The translations under genes and the position numbers were made by a program. Below the pieces are notes generated by a model. That model worked only from the letters and a program-made list of their open reading frames with translations, was not told where the DNA came from and made no database searches. A stretch of DNA of 64,000 bases from Burkholderiales bacterium (GTDB lineage: Bacteria; Pseudomonadota; Gammaproteobacteria; Burkholderiales; SG8-39). The stretch's first letter is position 1. The number at the start of each line of letters is the position of its first letter. The stretch spans positions 42,222 to 106,221 of the forward strand of contig DATMJC010000040.1 of assembly GCA_035554435.1 (NCBI GenBank), given 5' to 3'. This document shows positions 53,574 through 63,668 of this stretch, piece after piece.

Positions 53574-56500
53574 ATGAGCCGCGAAATCCGCTTTGACCCC
53601 GCGCTTCCGGTGAGCGCACGCCGCGAGGAAATCCGCGCGGCGCTCGAGCGTCACCCGGTGGTCGTGGTCTGCGGCGAAACCGGCTCGGGCAAGACCACGC
53701 AGCTGCCCAAGATCCTGCTCGAGATGGACCCACGCCGGCGCATCGGGCACACCCAGCCGCGCCGCATCGCCGCGCGCTCGGTCGCGGCGCGCATCGCCGA
53801 GGAGCTCGGCACCGAGCTCGGCGGGCTGGTCGGATACAAGGTGCGCTTCCAGGACCAAGTCGGCAGCCGCACCGCGATCAAGCTGATGACCGACGGCATC
53901 CTGCTCGCCGAGACGCAGGGCGACCGCGAGCTGCGCCAGTACGACAGCATCATCATCGACGAGGCGCACGAGCGCAGCCTGAACATCGATTTTCTTCTGG
54001 GATATGTGAAGCAGCTGGCGGCTCGCCGGAGTGACCTCAAGGTGGTCATTACATCCGCCACGATCGATGCCGAGCGGTTCTCGAAGCACTTCAACGACGC
54101 GCCGGTGATCGAAGTCTCGGGCCGCCTCTACCCGGTCGATGTACGCTACCGCCCCGTCGGCGGAGACGCCGAAGACACGACGCGCGACGAGGAGGAGCAG
54201 GCGCTCGCCGATGCGGTGGACGAGCTGTGCCGCGAGGGCCCGGGCGACATCCTGGTTTTTCTGCCGGGCGAGCGCGAGATCCGTGACGCCGCCGACACCC
54301 TGAGACGGAAAGGCCCGAAAGGGCTCGAGCTGCTGCCCCTGTACTCGCGGTTGTCCACCGCGGAACAGGACCGGGTGTTCAAGCCGGGCAAGCAGCGCCG
54401 CGTGGTGCTGGCGACGAACGTGGCGGAGACCTCGCTGACCGTTCCGGGCATCCGCTACGTAGTCGATACCGGCGACGCGCGGGTCAAGCGCTACAGCTAC
54501 CGCAACAAGGTCGAGATGCTGCGCGTCGAGGCAATCTCGCGGGCTGCGGCGCAGCAGCGCGCCGGGCGCTGCGGCCGCGTCGCTGACGGCGTTTGTATCC
54601 GTTTGTACTCGGAGGATGATTTCGCAAAGCGGCCGGCGTTCACCGACCCCGAGGTGCTCCGCTCCTCGCTCGCCTCGGTGATCCTGCGCGCGAAGAGCCT
54701 CGGACTGGGGGAAGTCGAGGCATTTCCCTTTGTCGATCCGCCCAACCCTCGAGCCATCGCCGACGGCTATGAGCTGCTGACGGAATTGGGCGCGGTGGTG
54801 GATGAAAGCCGTGAATTGACGGAGGTCGGATCGGAGCTGGCACGCCTCCCGCTCGATCCGCGGGTTGCCCGCATGCTGGTCGCCGCACGCGACGAGGGTT
54901 GTCTCGCGGAGGTGCGCATCATCGCCGCGGCGCTCTCGGTGCAGGACCCGCGCCAGCGGCCGCTGGAACGGGCCGAGGCGGCCGACGAGCGCCACGCGCG
55001 CTTTGCCGACGAGCAGTCGGATTTCCTCTCGTTCCTCAAGCTGTGGAAGCTGCAGGAAGAGTCCGGGCTGCGGCGGCTGTGCCGCGAGAATTTCCTGTCT
55101 TACCCACGCATGCGCGAGTGGCGCGACGTGCACGAGCAGCTCAAGCAGGCGCTCGATTGGCCGGAATCCTCGGTAAAGCCGGAAAAAGCCGATGGCTATC
55201 GCGCGATCCACCGCGCGCTGCTCGCCGGGTTGCTGGGCAACGTGGGACTGCGCGACGAGGAGGGGGCATACACCGGAGCGCGCGGCATCAAGTTCTGGGT
55301 GCACCCGGGATCGTGGACCAAGAAGCCGGGCAAGTGGATCGTCGCGGCGGAACTCGTGGAGACTACGCGCCTCTTCGCGCGCACGGTGGCGAGCGTCGAG
55401 CCGCGCTGGCTGGAGGAAATCGGCGGGCATCTTCTCAAGCGCAGCCGCAGCGATCCGCATTGGGAGAAGGACCGCGGCGAGGTGGTGGCGCTCGAGCGCG
55501 GCACACTGTACGGCCTACCCGTCTACGCCAACCGGCGCGTGCCCTTCGCGCCGTTCGACCCGGACCTGGCGCGCGAGCTCTTCATCCGCTCGGCGCTGGT
55601 CGAGGGCGACCTGGACAGCCGCGCGCCGTTTCTCGCCCACAACCGGCGCCTGGTCGCCGACATCGAGCGCCTCGAGCACAAGTCGCGCCGCCCGGACATC
55701 CTGGTCGACGACGAGCTGATCCATGCGTTTTACGACGAGCGCATTCCCAAGGAAGTTAATTCTTCAAGAAAATTTGAAGTTTGGCGCCGGCAGGCCGAAG
55801 CGGCAAAGCCGCGCCTGCTGCACCTCTCGCGCGAAGACCTCATGCGCCACGAGGCCGCGGGCATCACCACGGAGAATTTTCCGCCGTCGCTCGAGCTCGG
55901 CCCGAACCGCTACGCGCTCGAGTACCACTTCGAGCCCGGCTCGCCGCGCGACGGCGTGACGATGAACGTACCGCTCGCGCTGCTTAACCAGGTCCCGGCA
56001 GCGCGCACCGAGTGGCTGGTGCCCGGGCTGCTCAAGGAGAAGGTGCGCACGCTGGCCAAGTCGATGCCGCAACGCCTGCGCCACAAGCTCGGCACGCTCG
56101 ACGACTTCGCAGCCGCGTTCAGCGCCGCGGCGCCGCCCGTCGACCTGCCGCTGGCCGAAGCCCTGCGCCGCTATGTGCGCGGCGAATTCAACCTCGACGT
56201 CCCGCTCGATGCCCTCCGCCCGGACTCGGCGCCGCCGCACCTGCACATGAACTTCCGGGTGCTGGGCGACGACGGCCGCCAGCTCGAGATGGGACGCAAC
56301 CTGGCCGAGCTGAAGCGCAAGCTGGGAAAGGAAACCGAGGCGATCCTGCAGGAGGAAGCCCCGCTCGACGAAGGCGAGCGCTATACCGGCTGGACCATGG
56401 GCGATCTGCCCGAGTTGATGGAGATCGAGCGCGGCGGCCATACCCTCGTCGGCTATCCGGCGCTGGTCGACGCCGGGGAGGGTGCAAATGCGGCAGTCAC

Positions 56501-57212
56501 CCTCCAGGTCTTCGACTCGCCCGAAAAAGCGCGCGAGCTGCATCGCGCCGGCGTGCTGCGGCTGCTGGCCATCGCCTTCCGCGACCGTATCCGCGACCTC
56601 GAGCGCTCCCTCGCCAGGGATGTAGTGCTCGGCCCGCTGAAAGGCGACGTGATCGCGGCGGCGCTGGCGCGCACCTTCCTGCAAGATTCGGTGCCGACGC
56701 TGCAGGCCCAGTTCGCCCGTCGCGTGGACGAGGGCCGCAGCCGTTTCACGCTGATCGCGCAGGAGATCTCGCGTACCGCGGCCGGCATCCTCGCCGAGCG
56801 CGCGGCGCTGGAGAAGAAATTGAACGCCTCGGAGAAGGCTCATCCGCAAGCCGCGGGCGACGTGAAGCAGCAGCTTGCCCGCCTGCTCGAGAACGGCTGG
56901 CTCGCCCGCACGCCGTGGGAGCGCCTGCAGCACCTACCGCGCTATCTCAAGGCGGCGTCGCAGCGGCTGGACAAGGTGCGGGGCGATCCGGCGCGCGATG
57001 CGCGCCTGGCCGCGGAAGTGGCGGGCCTGGAGCAGCCGTATCGCAGGGAATCTGCCGCGCGCGCGCGGCAAGGCGGCGAGAGCGCGGGCTTCGCCCAGTT
57101 CCGCTGGCTGCTCGAGGAGTTGCGGGTCTCGCTTTTCGCTCAGGAGCTGAAGACGCCGGTGCCGGTGTCGGTCAAGCGCCTGTCCAAACTGTGGGAGACT
57201 CTGCGCCGATGA
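53574..57212 (+). CDS. hrpA: ATP-dependent RNA helicase HrpA (DEAH box)
   Basis: Trimmed to MSREIRFDPALPVSARREEI. GETGSGKTTQLPK, DEAHERS, SATID, TNVAETSLTVPGI, QRAGRCGR. Long C-terminal HrpA-specific region. Confidence 0.95.
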   Translation: MSREIRFDPALPVSARREEIRAALERHPVVVVCGETGSGKTTQLPKILLEMDPRRRIGHTQPRRIAARSVAARIAEELGTELGGLVGYKVRFQDQVGSRTAIKLMTDGILLAETQGDRELRQYDSIIIDEAHERSLNIDFLLGYVKQLAARRSDLKVVITSATIDAERFSKHFNDAPVIEVSGRLYPVDVRYRPVGGDAEDTTRDEEEQALADAVDELCREGPGDILVFLPGEREIRDAADTLRRKGPKGLELLPLYSRLSTAEQDRVFKPGKQRRVVLATNVAETSLTVPGIRYVVDTGDARVKRYSYRNKVEMLRVEAISRAAAQQRAGRCGRVADGVCIRLYSEDDFAKRPAFTDPEVLRSSLASVILRAKSLGLGEVEAFPFVDPPNPRAIADGYELLTELGAVVDESRELTEVGSELARLPLDPRVARMLVAARDEGCLAEVRIIAAALSVQDPRQRPLERAEAADERHARFADEQSDFLSFLKLWKLQEESGLRRLCRENFLSYPRMREWRDVHEQLKQALDWPESSVKPEKADGYRAIHRALLAGLLGNVGLRDEEGAYTGARGIKFWVHPGSWTKKPGKWIVAAELVETTRLFARTVASVEPRWLEEIGGHLLKRSRSDPHWEKDRGEVVALERGTLYGLPVYANRRVPFAPFDPDLARELFIRSALVEGDLDSRAPFLAHNRRLVADIERLEHKSRRPDILVDDELIHAFYDERIPKEVNSSRKFEVWRRQAEAAKPRLLHLSREDLMRHEAAGITTENFPPSLELGPNRYALEYHFEPGSPRDGVTMNVPLALLNQVPAARTEWLVPGLLKEKVRTLAKSMPQRLRHKLGTLDDFAAAFSAAAPPVDLPLAEALRRYVRGEFNLDVPLDALRPDSAPPHLHMNFRVLGDDGRQLEMGRNLAELKRKLGKETEAILQEEAPLDEGERYTGWTMGDLPELMEIERGGHTLVGYPALVDAGEGANAAVTLQVFDSPEKARELHRAGVLRLLAIAFRDRIRDLERSLARDVVLGPLKGDVIAAALARTFLQDSVPTLQAQFARRVDEGRSRFTLIAQEISRTAAGILAERAALEKKLNASEKAHPQAAGDVKQQLARLLENGWLARTPWERLQHLPRYLKAASQRLDKVRGDPARDARLAAEVAGLEQPYRRESAARARQGGESAGFAQFRWLLEELRVSLFAQELKTPVPVSVKRLSKLWETLRR

Positions 57213-57910
57213 ATCTCGTCGGCGCGCTGCTTTACGGCTTCGCCAACCTGCTGCATCCGCGCATGCTCTGGCTCATGGTCTGGCCGATGCTGGTTTCACT
57301 CGTGTTCTGGCTCGCCGTGGCGTTTGCCTTCTGGAAGCCACTTGAGGCTGCGCTGGCCGGCCTCTTCCAGTCTGCCTTGGCCTTCGTCCATCTGAATTTC
57401 GACGGTGCCACGGTCATCGCAGCCGATGTAGTGCTGGTGCTGCTTCTGGTGCCGCTCGTCTATCTGACCGCGCTCTTCATCCTCGGCGCGTTCGGCATGC
57501 AGAAAATGGTGGACCATGTCGCGCAGCGCTCGTTCCCCGCGCTCGAGCGCAGGCGCGGCGGCAGCGTAGCCGGCAGCGTGTGGAACAGCGTCGCGGCGCT
57601 AGGCGGCATGGCTGCGCTTTTCCTGATGGGCCTGCCTTTGTGGCTCCTGCCGCCGTTGTGGCCGCTGATTCCGCTCGCGATCTTCGCCTGGGGGAACCAG
57701 AAGCTGCTGCGCTACGACGCGCTCGCCGAGCACGCCGACGCCGCGGAGATGGGCCGTCTTTTCCGCGAGCGGCGCGGGACGCTGCTCACGCTCGGGCTGC
57801 TGTTCGCGCTCCTCGCCTACGTGCCGTTCGTTGGCTTCATCGCGCCGGTGCTGTTCGGGCTCGCGTTCATCCGCTACCTGTTGGGCGCGCTGCAGGAGCT
57901 TCGCGATTGA
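57209..57910 (+). CDS. EI24/CysZ-like integral membrane protein
   Basis: ATGA overlap with the hrpA stop. The 233-aa polytopic protein is trimmed from the composite 56012..57910 ORF. Family assignment is by overall resemblance only. Confidence 0.5.
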   Translation: MNLVGALLYGFANLLHPRMLWLMVWPMLVSLVFWLAVAFAFWKPLEAALAGLFQSALAFVHLNFDGATVIAADVVLVLLLVPLVYLTALFILGAFGMQKMVDHVAQRSFPALERRRGGSVAGSVWNSVAALGGMAALFLMGLPLWLLPPLWPLIPLAIFAWGNQKLLRYDALAEHADAAEMGRLFRERRGTLLTLGLLFALLAYVPFVGFIAPVLFGLAFIRYLLGALQELRD

Positions 57911-58023
57911 TCGACCCTATGACGCTCATGCGAACAAAAGATTGGTCCGCCGGAACGCCGCTGCGTACACTGTGTCACTCCCTACTTGAACCCCAATTTC
58001 AACTATTTGGATCGGAGCTGACA

Positions 58024-58764
58024 GTGTTCGAGAATCGTGAAGGACAAAGGATCCCCCAGGCGGGCTTCCGTACGCGCACCGAAGGCGGCGAATGGAAGAC
58101 GCTCACCACGGACGAGCTCTTCAAGGACAAGACCGTGGTCGTGTTTTCGCTGCCGGGCGCGTTCACCCCGACCTGCTCATCCACCCACGTGCCGCGCTAC
58201 AACGAGCTCGCGCCGGCGTTCTTCGCCAGCGGCGTGGACCGCATCGTGTGCATTTCGGTGAACGACGCCTTCGTCATGAACGAATGGGCCCGCACGCAGG
58301 AGTGCGGCAACATCACGATGATTCCCGACGGCAACGGCGAGTTCACCGGCAAGATGGGCCTGCTCGTCGACAAGAGCGAGCTCGGCTTCGGCAAGCGCTC
58401 GTGGCGCTATTCCATGCTGGTGCGAAACGGGGTCATCGAGAAGATGTTCATCGAGCCCGAGAAGCCGGGCGATCCGTTCGAGGTGTCCGACGCCGACACG
58501 ATGCTGAACTACATTAATCCCAGGGCGAAGAAGCCCGACCAGGTGGCCATTTTCACGCGCGAGGGGTGCGGGTTCTGCGCCAAGGCGAAGGCCCTGCTGA
58601 AGAGCCTCGGCTACGCGTACTCGGAGGTGAAGCTCGATCACAGCGACCGCTCGCGGGTCGTTGGCGCGATCACCGGTCGCGGCGCCGTGCCGCAGGTGTT
58701 CGTCAACGGCCGGCACGTCGGCGGCCTCGAAGAGCTCCAGGAATGGGCCAAGAAAGCCGCCTGA
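58024..58764 (+). CDS. hybrid peroxiredoxin (Prx5-type) - glutaredoxin protein
   Basis: GTG start giving (M)FENREGQRIPQ. PGAFTPTCSSTHVP (peroxidatic Cys). C-terminal FTREGCGFCAKAK...VPQVFVNGRHVGG (Grx CxxC). Confidence 0.9.
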   Translation: MFENREGQRIPQAGFRTRTEGGEWKTLTTDELFKDKTVVVFSLPGAFTPTCSSTHVPRYNELAPAFFASGVDRIVCISVNDAFVMNEWARTQECGNITMIPDGNGEFTGKMGLLVDKSELGFGKRSWRYSMLVRNGVIEKMFIEPEKPGDPFEVSDADTMLNYINPRAKKPDQVAIFTREGCGFCAKAKALLKSLGYAYSEVKLDHSDRSRVVGAITGRGAVPQVFVNGRHVGGLEELQEWAKKAA

Positions 58765-59526
58765 TTGTTCGGCGCCTATATCATCGGTGACGAGATCCTG
58801 GTTGGGAAGCGCCAGGACAAGCATCTCGCGTTCCTGATCGAAGCCCTCGCGAAGCGGGGGCTTCGTCTTTCATGGGCCCAATACCTGGGCGACGAGCCTG
58901 AAAGGCTTGCCGCAGCGTTTCGCCGCAGCCTTGGCGCCGACGACGCGGTGTTCAGCTTTGGCGGAATAGGCGCAACGCCGGACGATCACACGCGCCAGTG
59001 CGTCGCTGCGGCCGCCGGGATCAAGCTCGTCCTGCATCCGGAAGCGGAGCGCGAGATCCGCGGCCGCTTCGGCGCCGAAACCACCCCGGCGCGGCTGCGA
59101 ATGGGCGAGTTCCCGGAGGGCTCGAGCATCATCCCGAACCCGGTCAACCGGATCCCAGGCTTCTCCTACGGCGAACATCACTTCGTGCCGGGGTTTCCGC
59201 AGATGGCGCGGCCCATGGTGGAGTGGGTGCTCGACTCCCGCTACCGGCACCTTTTCGACCGCGATCGCTGGAGCGAGGAATCGATCTTCGTGTACGAGGC
59301 GGGCGAGAGCCAGCTCATTGCCGCCATGGAGGCCGTCGGCGCGGCTTACTCCGGCGTCAAAGTGTTCAGCCTTCCCTCGATGGGCGAGGACGGCAGCCGC
59401 CGCCACGTCGAGCTCGGAGTGCGCGGCGATCCGGTGCAGGTACGGGAGGCGGCCGAGGCGCTGCGCCGCTCTGTGCGCGACGCCGGCTTTCCCTTTTCGG
59501 CCGTTGAAAAAACAAAGCCCGCCTGA
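58765..59526 (+). CDS. CinA-like molybdopterin-binding (MoCF_BD) domain protein
   Basis: (M)FGAYIIGDEILVGKRQDKH...FSFGGIGATPDDHT. The TTG start lies immediately after the upstream stop. Confidence 0.6.
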   Translation: MFGAYIIGDEILVGKRQDKHLAFLIEALAKRGLRLSWAQYLGDEPERLAAAFRRSLGADDAVFSFGGIGATPDDHTRQCVAAAAGIKLVLHPEAEREIRGRFGAETTPARLRMGEFPEGSSIIPNPVNRIPGFSYGEHHFVPGFPQMARPMVEWVLDSRYRHLFDRDRWSEESIFVYEAGESQLIAAMEAVGAAYSGVKVFSLPSMGEDGSRRHVELGVRGDPVQVREAAEALRRSVRDAGFPFSAVEKTKPA

Positions 59527-59537
59527 AGGCGGGCTTT
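59507..59537 (-). terminator. Rho-independent terminator of the phasin gene (the hairpin also encloses the stop codon of the convergent plus-strand gene)
   Basis: AAAGCCCGCC-TGAA-GGCGGGCTTT forms a 10-bp stem. On the minus strand it is followed by GTTTTTT. It sits 23 nt downstream of the phasin stop at 59560. Confidence 0.75.
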
Positions 59538-59559
59538 GCCTGCTGTCTGCTACCTCTGC

Positions 59560-60102
59560 TTAGGCCGCTTTCTTGGTCTTCGCGAGGCCGCGGGCGGTTT
59601 CGGTCGCGGCGGCGACATTGGCTTCGGCGATTTCGGTCGCCTGCTTCGCCACTTTGGTGAGGTTGTCATAGGCCGAATTCGCGGCCGCGAGCATCGACTT
59701 CACCGCGGCTACCGCCACGTCGGATCCGGCGGGGGCGTTTTTCGACACCTTGTCGAGAAGAGTCACGAAGTTCTCGTTCCACTCCGCGACGCGGCGCTCG
59801 GCGACCTTGGAGAGCTCCGCGTTGGCGCCGGTGGCGACTTCATAGACGCTCCTCGAGTAGGCGATGGCCTTCTCGAGCGCCGGCTGGGCGAACGAGTTCT
59901 GCAGGCCGACGAACTCCTGCACGTCCTTCGCGCCGAGCAGGGCGCGGGTGTTGGCGATCGAGTCTTCGAAGGCGCTCTTCATCGCGCTCGCCTGGATGTT
60001 GGCGAGCTTTTCGAGGGCGGCGAACTGGGCGTTGGCGACGGCCAGGAACGATTCGACGTTCGCTTTGCTGGCCGCTTGAATTTGTTCGGGGGTGACGTAC
60101 AT
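59560..60102 (-). CDS. phaP: phasin family protein (PHA granule-associated)
   Basis: Trimmed to MYVTPEQIQAASKANVESFLAVANAQFAALEKLA.... Ala-rich amphipathic helices. AGGAG lies 9 nt upstream of the ATG. Confidence 0.8.
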   Translation of the reverse strand: MYVTPEQIQAASKANVESFLAVANAQFAALEKLANIQASAMKSAFEDSIANTRALLGAKDVQEFVGLQNSFAQPALEKAIAYSRSVYEVATGANAELSKVAERRVAEWNENFVTLLDKVSKNAPAGSDVAVAAVKSMLAAANSAYDNLTKVAKQATEIAEANVAAATETARGLAKTKKAA

Positions 60103-60299
60103 TTTGTCGGGCTCCTGTGCTTTCGCTGGTGGACGGGCTGCTGAGCTATTTGTGCAATGCAACAATCGGCATTGTAGGCCCATGATGTCGAAAGTCAAGG
60201 GGTTTGGCCGGTAACCGATCGGTCGGTTGTTGTGTCGCACAATCAACTACAGGTCATAAGTTAGGGCTTCCTTACGTGGGCCGGGCTATCCTGCGCGGC

Positions 60300-61514
60300 G
60301 TGCCACTCGAATACCGGCCGAACGATCCCGCCGTAGTCTCCGACCCGTTCCCCCTGTACGTGCGTCTGCGGGACGAGGACCCCGCCCACTGGAGCCCCTC
60401 GCTCAAGGCCTGGGTCCTGACTCGCTACGACGACGTCAGGCGCGTCTGTGTGGACACCGGCGGGATGTCCTCCGACCGGCTGCGCCCCTTCTTCGCCGCG
60501 CTCCCAGGCAGCGAAGCCGCGCAGGTCGCGCAGCTGATGCGCTACCTCACGCTGTGGATGGTCTTTCGCGACCCGCCCGAGCACACCCGCCTGCGCCGCC
60601 TTGCCGCCAAGGTGTTCAACGCGCGCTCGATCCATGCCCTGCGCGGAGAGGTCGAGGCGATCAGCCGATGGCTCCTCGATGCGCTCGAGGAACGCGACGA
60701 ATTCGACTTGGTCGCCGAGTTCGCCGGGCCGCTGCCGGCGCTGGTGATCATGCACATGCTCGGCGTTCCGGAGGGGGAGCTGCCGCGCCTGAAGCGCCTG
60801 TCGGACGAGATGGCGCTCTTCATCGGCAGCGCGCGCGACGCGCCCGACAAATACGCGCGCGCCGAGGCGGCCACCGCGGAGATGGCGGCCCTGTTCCGCG
60901 ATCTCGCCACGCTGCGCCGGACGCGCCCGTCGCGCGACCTGTTGACCGAGCTCGTCCAGGTGGAGGACCAGGGCGAGCGGCTGAGCGACGACGAGCTCGT
61001 CGCCACCTGCGTGCTGCTGCTGTTCGCCGGACACGAGACGACCACGCACCACATCGCGAACGGACTGCGCGCGCTGCTCGCGTTTCCGGCGGAGCTCGCG
61101 CGGCTGCGCGAGCGGCCGGACCTCGCCGCCTCGGCGGTCGAAGAGCTCCTGCGCTACGACGGACCTATCGGTGCGCAGGTCCGCATCGTGCAGCGGCCCC
61201 AGACGGTGCACGGCAAGGCGTTCGCCCCCGGCGAGCGTGTGTTTCTTCTCATGAACGCCGCCAACCGCGATCCGCGCGCGTACGAGGACCCGGATCGCCT
61301 CGACCTGCAACGCCATGGCGTGCCGCATCTCACTTTCGGCTTCGGCGCCCACATCTGCCTGGGCTTCCCGCTGGCCCGATTGGAAGGCCAGATCGCGCTG
61401 CCCGCGTTGCTCGCGCGCTGGAAGACGATCGAGCTCGCCGCGCCGCGCCTGGAATGGATCGACTCGATGGTGTTGCGCGGCATGAAGGCGATGCCGCTGC
61501 GCGTGCGACATTGA
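60300..61514 (+). CDS. cytochrome P450
   Basis: Heme-binding loop FGFGAHICLG; I-helix LLLFAGHETT; ExxR (ELLR). A GTG start at 60300 gives (M)PLEYRPNDP. Confidence 0.9.
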   Translation: MPLEYRPNDPAVVSDPFPLYVRLRDEDPAHWSPSLKAWVLTRYDDVRRVCVDTGGMSSDRLRPFFAALPGSEAAQVAQLMRYLTLWMVFRDPPEHTRLRRLAAKVFNARSIHALRGEVEAISRWLLDALEERDEFDLVAEFAGPLPALVIMHMLGVPEGELPRLKRLSDEMALFIGSARDAPDKYARAEAATAEMAALFRDLATLRRTRPSRDLLTELVQVEDQGERLSDDELVATCVLLLFAGHETTTHHIANGLRALLAFPAELARLRERPDLAASAVEELLRYDGPIGAQVRIVQRPQTVHGKAFAPGERVFLLMNAANRDPRAYEDPDRLDLQRHGVPHLTFGFGAHICLGFPLARLEGQIALPALLARWKTIELAAPRLEWIDSMVLRGMKAMPLRVRH

Positions 61515-62404
61515 GCGGCGAGCCCGATCATCTGCCGCGCCACCTGTGGTGGGTGCTGGCGGCGCTCACTTTCGCGTGGGGCTTCAACTGGACCGCGCTT
61601 AAGGTCGCGCTTAGCGAGGTGCCGCCCTGGACGTTTCGCACCTTGTGCCTGGGTCTGGGCTCGGCGGTGCTCTTCGCCGCGTTGCGCGCCGGCGGCCAGC
61701 CGCTCGCGGTGCCGAAAGGGCAGTGGGGCCGGCTTGCACTGCTTGCGTTCCTCAACATCACTTGCTGGAACATGCTCATCGCGTTCGGCGTTGCGCTGAT
61801 TCCGTCCGGACGCGCGTCGGTTCTCGCGTACACGATGCCGATCTGGGCGATCCCGCTCTCGGTGTGGGTGTTGGGCGAGCGCGTTACGCCGCGGCGTCTC
61901 GCAGGCCTCTCGCTCGGGATGGTCGCGCTTGCCCTCCTCATGGGCGAGAGCCTCTGGGGGCTCGGGGCGGCTCCCGCCGGATCGCTCATGGTGCTCGGCG
62001 CCGCCCTGAGCTGGGCGCTCGGCACGGTGCTGCAGAAGCGCCTGCCCGTGCGCATGCCGCTCGGCGCGTACACGGCTTGGATGATGCTCCTTGGCGGGGT
62101 GCCGATCTTTATTGGCGCGGCGCTCCTCGAGGATGTGCGCGTGCTGCGCGATGTGAGCCTTGCGCCGGCGCTCGGCGTCGCCTACAACGTTTTCGTCTCT
62201 TTCGCTTTCGCGCACTGGGCGTGGATCAAGCTCGCCACCTCGGTGCCGGTCGGCGTGTTCTCCGTCGCCATGCTGATCATCCCGGTGATCGGCGTGCTGA
62301 GCGGCGTGGCGTTCCTCGGCGAGCGGCCGCGCTGGACCGAGGTCGCCGCGCTTTTCTTCGTGCTGGGAGCCCTCGCCACCGTCATACGACGTCGACCGGC
62401 TTGA
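61511..62404 (+). CDS. DMT superfamily (EamA-like) transporter
   Basis: The TTG start overlaps the P450 stop (TTGA). 10-TM-like profile with two EamA halves, trimmed from the composite 60554..62404 ORF. Confidence 0.8.
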   Translation: MSGEPDHLPRHLWWVLAALTFAWGFNWTALKVALSEVPPWTFRTLCLGLGSAVLFAALRAGGQPLAVPKGQWGRLALLAFLNITCWNMLIAFGVALIPSGRASVLAYTMPIWAIPLSVWVLGERVTPRRLAGLSLGMVALALLMGESLWGLGAAPAGSLMVLGAALSWALGTVLQKRLPVRMPLGAYTAWMMLLGGVPIFIGAALLEDVRVLRDVSLAPALGVAYNVFVSFAFAHWAWIKLATSVPVGVFSVAMLIIPVIGVLSGVAFLGERPRWTEVAALFFVLGALATVIRRRPA

Positions 62405-63248
62405 TTCGCTCCCGCGGGATCCGTCCGGGGTCCCAGTCTGCGACAGCTTCGTCGAGGTCGGCGGTGGCGCGCTGGCCCAGAAATGCGAGCACCCGCGGCA
62501 GCAGCTCGTCGCGGCGCGAAGGGTCGAGCGCTCGCGCACCGGTCTGCTTCGAGAGCTTTTCACCGTTTGCGTTTACCGCCACCGGGACATGGAGGTAGCG
62601 CGGTTGCGGATAGCCGAGCAGCCGCTGCAGATGGATCTGGCGGCCGGTCGAGTCGATGAGGTCGGCGCCACGCACCACGTCGGTGACACCCTGTTCGGCG
62701 TCGTCCACCACGACGGCGAGTTGATAGGCGACCTGGCCGTCCGCGCGATACAGAACGAAATCTCCGACCTCACTCGCCAGATCCTGCCGGCGCGGCCCCT
62801 GGACGCGGTCCGCGAACGACACCGTGTGCCGGCCTACGTCCAGGCGCAGCGCCCGCGCGGCCTTGCCCGCCGCCAGCCCGGTGCGGCAGGTGCGGGGATA
62901 GATCTGCGCGCCGTCCGCCGCGAGGCCAAGCGCCGAATCGGCGATCTCGCGGCGCGTGCAACCGCACCAGTACGTGTTCGCCTGCAGCTTCTGCAGCGCC
63001 GCTTCATACCGCGGGCCGCGCAGGCTCTGGTAAAGGACCGCTCCATCCCAGGTGAACCCGAAACGCTCGAGGATGCGCAGGATGTCGTCGGCAGCGCCCG
63101 GCAGCGCGCGCGGCGCGTCGAGGTCTTCGATGCGCAGGAGCCAGCGGCCGCGCGCCGCGCGTGCGTCGAGCCAGCTCGCCGCTGCAGCCGCGAGCGAGCC
63201 GAAGTGCAGCGGTCCGCTCGGCGAGGGTGCGAACCGGCCTACGTACAT
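62382..63248 (-). CDS. gluQ: tRNA glutamyl-Q(34) synthetase (GluQRS)
   Basis: [16 protein letters not shown] (HIGH-type), [13 protein letters not shown]...[15 protein letters not shown]. Confidence 0.9.
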   Translation of the reverse strand: MYVGRFAPSPSGPLHFGSLAAAAASWLDARAARGRWLLRIEDLDAPRALPGAADDILRILERFGFTWDGAVLYQSLRGPRYEAALQKLQANTYWCGCTRREIADSALGLAADGAQIYPRTCRTGLAAGKAARALRLDVGRHTVSFADRVQGPRRQDLASEVGDFVLYRADGQVAYQLAVVVDDAEQGVTDVVRGADLIDSTGRQIHLQRLLGYPQPRYLHVPVAVNANGEKLSKQTGARALDPSRRDELLPRVLAFLGQRATADLDEAVADWDPGRIPRERIKPVDVV

Positions 63249-63293
63249 GGTTGTCTAGAGTACACTGGCCAATTTCCTGGAAAGGTACGCAGC

Positions 63294-63668
63294 GTGCCCA
63301 CCGTCGATCTCACCAAGGAGAACTTCGAAAAGACCGTCAACGAAAATGCGATGGTGATCATCGATTTCTGGGCGCCGTGGTGCGGCCCGTGCAAGGGTTT
63401 CGCCCCGGTGTACGAGAAGGCCTCCGAGGCGCACCCCGACGTGGTGTTCGGCAAGATCAATACCGACGAAGAGCAGGAGCTTGCCGGCAGCTTCGGCATC
63501 CGCTCCATTCCGACGCTCATGGTGTTTCGCGAGAAGATCATCCTGTTCCAGCAGGCCGGCGCGCTTCCCGGCACCGCGCTCGAGCAGATCATCGCGCAGG
63601 CCAAGGCGCTCGACATGGCCAAGGTGCACCAGGAGCTCGCCGCCCAGCAGTCGCAGCCGGCGTCATGA
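63294..63668 (+). CDS. thioredoxin
   Basis: GTG start. [12 protein letters not shown] active site, with a short C-terminal extension. Confidence 0.9.
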   Translation: MPTVDLTKENFEKTVNENAMVIIDFWAPWCGPCKGFAPVYEKASEAHPDVVFGKINTDEEQELAGSFGIRSIPTLMVFREKIILFQQAGALPGTALEQIIAQAKALDMAKVHQELAAQQSQPAS

